DNA of 64,000 nucleotides, from contig JAZDFD010000012.1 in assembly GCA_043808155.1 (NCBI GenBank), positions 23,822 to 87,821 on the forward strand, read 5' to 3'. The number at the start of each line of letters is the position of its first letter. The first letter of the stretch is position 1. Below the pieces are notes generated by a model. It had not been told where the DNA came from. It worked only from the letters and a program-made list of their open reading frames with translations, and did no database searches. Positions 56,561 to 64,000 of this stretch are shown here, in pieces. The DNA comes from Candidatus Iainarchaeum sp. (GTDB taxonomy: Archaea; Iainarchaeota; Iainarchaeia; Iainarchaeales; JAZDFD01). The translations under genes and the position numbers were made by a program.

Positions 56561-59424
56561 TTCTGAATTTTAGGCATGGAATTTTGCTCCTGTTTTTCCT
56601 TATTCTCTCAACATCTGCACTTGCCCTTAACGAAAAAAACATGAGCATGTACCAAGACGGCCAGGTTTTCATGATTTCCGACTCCGACTGGAGAAACGTT
56701 CTTTCCCTTGTGCCGTTAACGACATGGACTGACTTAAGCACTGGTGAAATCCACAAATATCCGACGCTCGCTTACAAAGACCAAAAAGAAGCACCAACTT
56801 TGAGTTTAGAGACAAAAATTACCTGGGAGAGTGGAGATGGGCGTTTTTCAAAGAAACCCGTAATCACATTGCAAGCAAAGAAAGATCAAGATGATTGGTT
56901 TTCATATTTTTATACTTCATTCCTAATAGAAGAAGATTCAAAATATTGTGATGGAACCCCAGTTTGCGGATTGAAAATAGGCTTAATAGATTACTATTTT
57001 GAAAAAAATATTATAAAGTATGGAGAAACGGTAAACGCGGTTTTAGTTTTTAAAAGCTGCGATGGTGAAGAGCACACTCTTTCAGAAATAGAGTTGGATG
57101 AATTTCCACACAGTGATTTTTTACAAGCACTCGAAGTTCCACAAGAACTTCATATACCCGCGGCTGGATCTGCCGTACTCAAAATCCCACTTACTTATCC
57201 TGTTTTTCAAGAATCCTTTGACGCCGATTCCGCATTGCATTTCTTAGGTCAATACAAGCAGGTTAAGCCAAACATTAAGGTTACTGCAATTTTAGAGCAG
57301 CCACAGGAATTACTTGACTTGGCTTCAGCTCAAGGCATTCCAGTCGAGAAATTAGACGCGCCGTGGAAGTATTTATCTTACTGGGGCAATATTGATTCGG
57401 TTTTTGTGGTAGATTACGATGATTACTCTTCAGGTTTAGTTGCTTCAGTTGCTGCGTCGTACTTGAATGCGCCATTGTTCTTCGTGAACAAGGATAATGT
57501 TGACGTTTTCAAGTACGTGGTAAAGAACCGCGTTGTTTTAGCTGTAGGTGATCTTGACAGTGAAACGAAAACCAAACTTTCCATTGCTGCTTCTAAGTAT
57601 TACGCGATTCCTCTTATTGATTTGCAGAAGATTTCCGCTCAAGTCTCGGGTTCGGATAAATTGTTGATGGTTAACCCAACGGATTTGCAAGAAGTTGGAG
57701 TCATTGTGAAACCGGAGAAATCTAGCGGATTTGTTTCAGGCTATACTTCTGCTTCTTTAGCCGCTCCTTTCTTAGCAGCCGCCAAGCACGAGGTGCTTAT
57801 TCCGGTTTATTCAAGTGATTACGCAGACGTGGATGCCGAGCTTGACTGGCGCATTAATTATCTCGGCGGCGTAGACAAGTTCAAGTATCTAACGATTTTT
57901 GCTACGCCTGACGCAATCACTACCAATGCTCCACCATGGATAACCGCGGACATAGCCATATATGCCGACATCAACAAAAACTACCTACCAGATTTAGCAA
58001 CTGGTCGCGTATACGGAATTACTGACACTGACGTATTTTCTTATGTTTCAAGAGATCTATTTTATAATGAGCTAGGTATTTCTAACCAAGCGTTGATAAT
58101 ACACGGCTACGATCCCAGCCTTGGAATGAAGGGCGAGGCAGCGTCTGTTAGCAAAATCCTGAGCGCAATGGGCTTGAAAACCACGTCGGTTTATCTTGAT
58201 GACGACAAGGATGGCTATCCATACGAGGAACTGCCCCCAGTTTCTTTTTTGGAGGAAGTGTCTTTTGCTAGTTTTCATGATCATGGCAATGCAGCTGGCT
58301 GGTCTGAAGCCTATTATTCGAACGACTTGCAACAAGAAGACGCATGGTTTAAATCATCAATTTTCCTGAGTGACGCTTGTTCAACCTGTGATTATTCCAC
58401 GAGTTTTATTATAGGCACAGTAGATAACCTCTTTTGTACCCAGTTAATCCGTCGCGGAGCTTTAGCCCACTTCGGCGCAATAGGAGTTGCCCGTTCAGGC
58501 TGGCTTTTACCGACGCTTTTGGTAAGCGACTTGTACTCAGGCCTTTCCTTAGGCACAGCTTTGAAAAACAATTTTGAAAACGTTCTTGGTAACTCAGGTG
58601 ACTCCTTTGCGAGTCCTTATACGACTGTCTTGACTTCCAATTTCCTGCTTTTAGGAGATCCTACTCTGGTTTGGAGTGACGACTTGGCGTTATCCTCATT
58701 GGACAAAAGAGAGCTTGCACAGAAAATAACAGATAACGGAAACATTGAATTGAAGCTGCATCTGCCAAGCTCGTTTTTAATAGCACAAGGAAGCTTTGAT
58801 CACGACTCAATAGCAACACCCGGATTTTACACTCATCACATAATAAGTTCTGCCTATACCCCACCTAAAGCCCCCTACCAGGCTGAAGAGCTAGAAGTTC
58901 AGCAAATCTTTAAATACAATGATTCAGACCCCGAACATGATGTTCTATTCCATGAAACGGTACACGGTTTACAGTTTTGTGACCGTTTAGTGTTTTCTCT
59001 CCCGCAAGGCAAAAAGCTTGGAGCGCCGACTTTGCTTTCAATTAAAACAGGCTCGCAGATACTTACACTAGGATTTGACCCCTTTATCCCTCCCATTTCA
59101 CCCGAGTGGCTGCCTGTCCGACAGAAAGTTTGTTCCGACACAGAGCTTTTTCCAGATTCTCCCGAGTGTTATGCTTACGCGTATCAAGTTTTAATTAAGA
59201 ACCCTTGCTTTAAAGAAGAAAATGGGCCAGTAAAAGGCTGTGCTGATAAAGAACACGGATTCGTAGGCGTTTACCCTAACACGATGGATGGGAAATACGT
59301 TGTCAATTTTTGCATGCCTAGTTACTTGTTTCCGAATCCTGACGTGAACATGGATGATGACAGCTTTCCAGATTACGCACCAGCACGTGACATCATAATA
59401 GAAATAGAATTAGTTGATGAATAA
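56557..59424 (+). CDS. Secreted protein with C25 (gingipain-like) cysteine peptidase domain
   Basis: PDLATGRV, HDHG, DACST, LLGDP. Confidence 0.72.
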   Translation: MILNFRHGILLLFFLILSTSALALNEKNMSMYQDGQVFMISDSDWRNVLSLVPLTTWTDLSTGEIHKYPTLAYKDQKEAPTLSLETKITWESGDGRFSKKPVITLQAKKDQDDWFSYFYTSFLIEEDSKYCDGTPVCGLKIGLIDYYFEKNIIKYGETVNAVLVFKSCDGEEHTLSEIELDEFPHSDFLQALEVPQELHIPAAGSAVLKIPLTYPVFQESFDADSALHFLGQYKQVKPNIKVTAILEQPQELLDLASAQGIPVEKLDAPWKYLSYWGNIDSVFVVDYDDYSSGLVASVAASYLNAPLFFVNKDNVDVFKYVVKNRVVLAVGDLDSETKTKLSIAASKYYAIPLIDLQKISAQVSGSDKLLMVNPTDLQEVGVIVKPEKSSGFVSGYTSASLAAPFLAAAKHEVLIPVYSSDYADVDAELDWRINYLGGVDKFKYLTIFATPDAITTNAPPWITADIAIYADINKNYLPDLATGRVYGITDTDVFSYVSRDLFYNELGISNQALIIHGYDPSLGMKGEAASVSKILSAMGLKTTSVYLDDDKDGYPYEELPPVSFLEEVSFASFHDHGNAAGWSEAYYSNDLQQEDAWFKSSIFLSDACSTCDYSTSFIIGTVDNLFCTQLIRRGALAHFGAIGVARSGWLLPTLLVSDLYSGLSLGTALKNNFENVLGNSGDSFASPYTTVLTSNFLLLGDPTLVWSDDLALSSLDKRELAQKITDNGNIELKLHLPSSFLIAQGSFDHDSIATPGFYTHHIISSAYTPPKAPYQAEELEVQQIFKYNDSDPEHDVLFHETVHGLQFCDRLVFSLPQGKKLGAPTLLSIKTGSQILTLGFDPFIPPISPEWLPVRQKVCSDTELFPDSPECYAYAYQVLIKNPCFKEENGPVKGCADKEHGFVGVYPNTMDGKYVVNFCMPSYLFPNPDVNMDDDSFPDYAPARDIIIEIELVDE

Positions 59425-59432
59425 GTTCAGGG

Positions 59433-59503
59433 AGTATCCCATCGTCGAACGCCCGCAAGGTTCAATCCTTGAGCTCGCCGAACGCCCGGCGGGTGCGGAT
59501 ACT
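59433..59503. repeat. GC-rich palindromic element related to 46011-46156
   Basis: AGTATCC/GGATACT closing stem; TCGCCGAACGCCCGGCG(G/A)GTGCG shared with 46134-46156. Confidence 0.7.
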
Positions 59504-59532
59504 TTAGAAAAGTTTTATATTAATCTTTCTAA

Positions 59533-59805
59533 TTAAATATCTAAAAATTCTTTAATTTCATTTATTTTTCTCGGGTTGATTGAAACATGTACTTCATTAG
59601 TTGATGGTTTTGAAAGCAAGAAGTAATCATTTGTTAATTCTTTAACTGCCTGCTTAATTGCTTTTTGCCCTTTTTTGTTAGAGCGTATATGGGCAGGTAA
59701 CCCTTTGCTCAAATTAAATACTGATGTGTGCGACCCGCCAATCTTTCCAAGATTAATAAGCTTTCTCAAAATAAAAAGTTTAATAAAAATAGCCTCTTTT
59801 TGCAT
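59533..59805 (-). CDS. Hypothetical small basic protein
   Basis: GKIGGSHT...KGLP...HVSINP; divergent from a wHTH gene. Confidence 0.6.
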   Translation of the reverse strand: MQKEAIFIKLFILRKLINLGKIGGSHTSVFNLSKGLPAHIRSNKKGQKAIKQAVKELTNDYFLLSKPSTNEVHVSINPRKINEIKEFLDI

Positions 59806-59939
59806 ATCTTTTATTTCTGTTTCAAGTGTTTATATACGCTTTCGGGAGTAGATTTCCACTAAACCTAAAAACGCTTTCAAATAATCTTACTTCCATTATG
59901 GTATATTAATATACCAAAAAGAAAGGTTTAAATATTTGT

Positions 59940-60299
59940 ATGTATTATATTTTACTGATAATTATGACTAATTTATTTTTAGATTTTTTGGGCGATAATC
60001 CAAACACACGATTATTGGAGTTTCTGATTACAGGACGAGAATTTGACTACTCCCTGACTGATTTGGCTGACAATGCAGGTGTTTCCTGGACTACTTTGCA
60101 CAGGATTTTCCCAAAATTTGAGAAACAAAAAATAGTGGTTAAAACCCGTGAAATTGGCAGGGCAAAACTTTACAAGTTAAATATGGAAAATGACGGCGTA
60201 AAGATACTGATTAAGTTATACGATAAATTATTGAAACTGCAATTAGAATCTGCCGAAGACAAAATAACCAAAACTGCAAAAGCAGTTGCTGTGTCTTAA
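59940..60299 (+). CDS. wHTH transcriptional regulator
   Basis: YSLTDLADNAGVSWTTL...TREIGRAKLYKLN. Confidence 0.78.
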   Translation: MYYILLIIMTNLFLDFLGDNPNTRLLEFLITGREFDYSLTDLADNAGVSWTTLHRIFPKFEKQKIVVKTREIGRAKLYKLNMENDGVKILIKLYDKLLKLQLESAEDKITKTAKAVAVS

Positions 60300-60330
60300 T
60301 ATAGTCAAATAGAGTCAGCTGTGTTACAGA

Positions 60331-60609
60331 CTATCTTTTATAAATGTCATCGTGATGTTGCAAATCTTCAAATTTTATTTTACCTGTTTTTTTATCAAAT
60401 TTGAAAATTAAAACAAAATGAGAAAGTATATGCACTCTCTTGAATTCTTTCATATCGTAAGAGAGATTTTTGTAATGTTCAATATCTTTACCGGAACTGA
60501 TTTCATCAATTTTCTTAAGAGTTGCCTCGTATCTGACTTTGTCCTTCTTAATCAGCTTCTTTAGAATTCTTTTAAGCTTAACACTTATTTCAAATTCATG
60601 CATCTTCAA
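60331..60609 (-). CDS. RelE/YafQ-family toxin
   Basis: YKNL...KRVHI..HFVLIF...HHDDIY. Confidence 0.85.
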   Translation of the reverse strand: MKMHEFEISVKLKRILKKLIKKDKVRYEATLKKIDEISSGKDIEHYKNLSYDMKEFKRVHILSHFVLIFKFDKKTGKIKFEDLQHHDDIYKR

Positions 60610-60838
60610 GCGCCTTCCTTAATTCCTTTACGCTTGAAAATTTCTCAAATTTACCATTATCTATCTTTTTTATTTTTTCTTTATACTCTGGTCTTAATTC
60701 AGGCTCTAAAAAAGCTTCTTCAAATTTTGTAATAATCAAATTAGCTGCTTCGGATTTATTGTCTAATCCATATTTTCCTTTGACAATAGTCAAGACTCTA
60801 TTTTGACGCTCATTAAAATCAATTAATGCTCTAACCAT
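60596..60838 (-). CDS. DUF2683-like antitoxin
   Basis: NRVLTIVKGKYGL.NKSEA...LEPELRPEY. Confidence 0.8.
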   Translation of the reverse strand: MVRALIDFNERQNRVLTIVKGKYGLDNKSEAANLIITKFEEAFLEPELRPEYKEKIKKIDNGKFEKFSSVKELRKALEDA

Positions 60839-60965
60839 TAAATCACCATTATCTTTTATAACAAAACATAATAAAAAGTTATGTTTCGTTGATTACATTG
60901 AGTTTAACCTTTTTTATGTAAAATCAGACTTCAGTAGCACTGTTAATTCATTTACAAAATCAGTT

Positions 60966-61505
60966 CTAAGGCGTAACCCTGTCAATTTCATAATAATTTA
61001 TGTCATCTTCAGAATCAACTATTGCCAAAAGAATCTTTGCACGAATGTTTCCGCTTAATCTTACCATTCTGCTGACTTCAGGCATTGTAAATTTATCATC
61101 CTGTGTAACTGCAGCAACAACCCATTGAGTGTGTGCTTCACCCACTTTCTTTCCGCGCGGGTAAACCCTGAAATCAAAACCAAACTTAAAACCAGTTTTA
61201 ACAACAAAACCGCGTGTCCTTAAATCAGAATAAACCAAATACTTAGTGTAAAAATTCTTTTCTTTTGCGGATGCGTATTTCAGTAACTCATCAAAATCAA
61301 ACGCATTTCCTTTGGCATCTTCAATCTCAAGTTTGTCCTTATCAATCAAAAGAAGAGCTTCTTTCAAATCCAGAATTAATTCTTTCTCATTCTTTTCACC
61401 GAATCCTTTCTGGATTAGTGAATCCTTCAGACTCTTCACTCTTACAATCACTTTATTTCCCGTAAGCAATGATTTTATGGATTTTTTCTTAGCCATTTTG
61501 TGCAC
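60966..61505 (-). CDS. endA: tRNA-intron endonuclease (single catalytic unit)
   Basis: VYSDLRTRG..VKTGFKFGFDFRVY..G...AH. Confidence 0.92.
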   Translation of the reverse strand: MHKMAKKKSIKSLLTGNKVIVRVKSLKDSLIQKGFGEKNEKELILDLKEALLLIDKDKLEIEDAKGNAFDFDELLKYASAKEKNFYTKYLVYSDLRTRGFVVKTGFKFGFDFRVYPRGKKVGEAHTQWVVAAVTQDDKFTMPEVSRMVRLSGNIRAKILLAIVDSEDDINYYEIDRVTP

Positions 61506-61562
61506 CTTTTATATATACAGATTTATATAGTAAATATCAGTATATAATAAGTATATTAAATC

Positions 61563-62663
61563 TTGCATGTTAGTGGTTTTATGGCTATGATTGACCCTTG
61601 GGAAGCGGAACTAATTGATGATTACTCCAAACTGATTAAGGAGTTTGGACTCCAGTCTCTTGATGAGAATTTACTTAAAAAATTCCCAAAGCCAAACAGA
61701 TTAATGAGACGCCAAATCTCATTTGGTGGCACAGACCTTGACAAAGTCTCAGTTGCAATAAAATCAAAAACACAGTTTTATGTTCTCACGGGAATTATGC
61801 CAACCGCAGACAGAATTCACTTCGGAACAAAAAGCGTAATTGAAAACGTGAAATACTTCCAAGACCAAGGTGCAAAAACCTATGTTTTAGTTGCAGATTT
61901 AGAAGCAAATGCAACTCGTGAAATTTCTCTGGAAGAAGGAAGAAAACGCGCACTGAATTTTTATATCCCTGCGTACATCGCACTTGGCTTAGACCCAAAG
62001 AAAACAACTTTCTATTTCCAGTCTGAAAATAACTGGGTAAGAAATTCAGCTTATGAATTTGCACCGCGCGCAACTCTGAATGAATACCGCGCAATTTACG
62101 GAACACCGCATCCTTCACGAATATTAGTTTCACTTTTACAAGCAGCAGACATTCTATACCCGCAGGAAAAAAAAGAAATGCTCGGAGTAATTCCAGTTGG
62201 CGCAGATCAGGCACCGCACATAAGACTCACGCGTGACATAGTGAAGAGAGTAAAGAAAAGAAACTTCATTCCTCCTGCTGCAATGTATCACAAATTTGTC
62301 CCCTCACTCGACGGCGCCTCAAAAATGAGCAAATCAAATCCTAATGCAATGATTTCAATTCCTGAAGATTTGAAAACTGCAAAAAAGAAAATCATGAGTG
62401 CATTCACTGGCGGAAGAGAAACATTAGAAATCCAAAAGAAAGAAGGCGGCAAACCAGAAATCTGCATGGTGTTTGAATTAGAAAAACAGCACTTAATTGA
62501 AGACGACAAAGAACTCCAAAGAATTTACAACGACTGCAAAGCAGGAAAACTCCTCTGCGGAGAGCACAAACAAAAAACATGTGAACATTTAGAAAAATTC
62601 ATGAAAGAATTTGAAAAGAAATTCGCAAAAGCAAAAAAAGTGAAAGTGAAATTCGTTGAATAG
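61563..62663 (+). CDS. trpS: Tryptophanyl-tRNA synthetase
   Basis: IDPW, TGIMPT..IHFG, QAADIL, PVGADQ.PH, KMSKS, AFTGGR, LLCGEHK. Confidence 0.92.
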   Translation: MHVSGFMAMIDPWEAELIDDYSKLIKEFGLQSLDENLLKKFPKPNRLMRRQISFGGTDLDKVSVAIKSKTQFYVLTGIMPTADRIHFGTKSVIENVKYFQDQGAKTYVLVADLEANATREISLEEGRKRALNFYIPAYIALGLDPKKTTFYFQSENNWVRNSAYEFAPRATLNEYRAIYGTPHPSRILVSLLQAADILYPQEKKEMLGVIPVGADQAPHIRLTRDIVKRVKKRNFIPPAAMYHKFVPSLDGASKMSKSNPNAMISIPEDLKTAKKKIMSAFTGGRETLEIQKKEGGKPEICMVFELEKQHLIEDDKELQRIYNDCKAGKLLCGEHKQKTCEHLEKFMKEFEKKFAKAKKVKVKFVE

Positions 62664-62696
62664 CTATTTTTTGAAAAAGTGAAATTCGCAAAATAA

Positions 62697-63410
62697 TTAT
62701 TTCTTCATCTTTCTCTTAGCAGGAATTATTTTTCCCAAACCCGCATCTGTAAATCCCGCAACATCTTCCCCAAATCTGTCAACTTCTTTTCTGAATGCTA
62801 ACATTTCTCTGTGAATATCATACGCACGCTCAAAATCAATTTTTTCAACCGCATTCCAGTAAACTTTCAATAAATGGTCTGCTCTTGCTTCAAGCTCTCT
62901 TTTTATTTCAGGAGGAATCTTAACTTCTCCGCCTTTAACTACTGCAAATCCCTTAGTGTTTTTTTCGATGCTTGTTTTTTCTACTTTAATATGCTTCGTT
63001 AATTCACTTTCCGGTACAAAAAATTTTTTCATATCCCCGTAAAGAAAATGGTCTTTCCTAAGTTCAAGTGTTTTATTCAATCCAGAATGAAGTCTGTATG
63101 CATCATTTAAAATTTCAAGAAACGCTGGAACTTCTGGTGACGGTGCAATATTTTTTCTTGCATCCCCTACTTCTTTAACAACAATTGCCCTGCTTTTTTT
63201 CGGAAGTGTATCTAAAAACTGGACAACTTTTCTTTCATCTGAAAATCCGGATTTCTGCAAAATTAGGTGTGCACTTCCCTGATTAAGTCCATGCACTAAT
63301 TCATTTACAAATTCTTTTCTCTGTTCTTGTACATCTAAAGGATCCATTTCACTAACGTGTCTGTCAAATCCTCTAACTTTTCTTCCAATAGCTATTGTTA
63401 CGCGCTTCAT
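62697..63410 (-). CDS. Hypothetical protein
   Basis: 237 aa ORF with no recognised motif. Confidence 0.55.
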   Translation of the reverse strand: MKRVTIAIGRKVRGFDRHVSEMDPLDVQEQRKEFVNELVHGLNQGSAHLILQKSGFSDERKVVQFLDTLPKKSRAIVVKEVGDARKNIAPSPEVPAFLEILNDAYRLHSGLNKTLELRKDHFLYGDMKKFFVPESELTKHIKVEKTSIEKNTKGFAVVKGGEVKIPPEIKRELEARADHLLKVYWNAVEKIDFERAYDIHREMLAFRKEVDRFGEDVAGFTDAGLGKIIPAKRKMKK

Positions 63411-63462
63411 ATTATTTCACTTATATCTTATCTCTAATATATGTCACTTATCTTATTGTGAA

Positions 63463-63756
63463 TTAAATAAGCACATAAGTAGTTTTTATTCCTTCTTCTT
63501 TTTGCTTTTTTATCAATGGTCTGTTAATTCCTTTTCTTTGCAAACTTCCACATTGTGTTCTGCATTGTAAAACTGAAAGCTGTTTTCCAATTGAATAAAC
63601 ACTTGAACCTGTTTTGTTGCTAATTTCAGAAAGAGTTAATGGTTTTTCAGAAAGTTCAAAAACAATTTTCTGCTGAAGAGGGGAAAGTATTACAAATGTA
63701 TCTTCTTCAATTCGTTCTTTCAGTCCTTTTCTGAAGTGATAGCCATTATATTTCAC
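63463..63756 (-). CDS. Small wHTH protein
   Basis: LSPLQQKIV..LSEKPLTLSEI....GSS...IGKQL. Confidence 0.6.
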   Translation of the reverse strand: MKYNGYHFRKGLKERIEEDTFVILSPLQQKIVFELSEKPLTLSEISNKTGSSVYSIGKQLSVLQCRTQCGSLQRKGINRPLIKKQKEEGIKTTYVLI

Positions 63757-64000
63757 AAAAATCCCTCTGCCCCTATACCATTTTTAGTGCTTGTAATCCT
63801 TATAAAAGTAATGCAATCACTCCAAATGGTTATTTTACAGCAATTTCACTAATTCTCAAAAATCATTTTTTTCTACATTTAGCTTAAACATAATTTGACT
63901 AAAACTCAACCTATATAAAAAGAATCTACTTATTTCTTAACAAATAATTTATTCAAAATAACTAACTCGGGGGGGTTGAATAAATATGAACGTAAATAGA

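Overview
AT-rich archaeal chromosome window. Alba, thermosome, Sec61-beta, EndA, archaeal IleRS/TrpRS and two histone-fold genes are present. Gene style and content suggest a DPANN lineage such as Ca. Iainarchaeota/Diapherotrites; this is inference and was not tested. The centrepiece is a ~16 kb gas-vesicle island (~17.7-33.5 kb) with divergent gvpA-C-N-O and regulator-gvpF-G-H-I-J-J-K-L-M-L arms. Its unusual parts are a MinD/ParA ATPase at the end of the gvpA arm, zinc-ribbon-fused GvpJ-type proteins, several unannotated microproteins and a repeated TGTCG-N5-CGACA operator. Other findings: tRNA-Ile(UAU) directly upstream of ileS; a C/D-box sRNA whose D guide points at 16S C1402; a five-copy repeat family (ATTAYCG + covarying 7-bp hairpin + CACRTAT); a wHTH gene bracketed by iteron-like repeats (possible replicator); an intein in a HerA-like ATPase; a cassette region with duplicated gene ends; an arsR/arsP/arsEFG-like operon; an ABC-F ATPase; several TA pairs and secreted proteases. 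All calls come from reading motifs by eye; no database searches were run.
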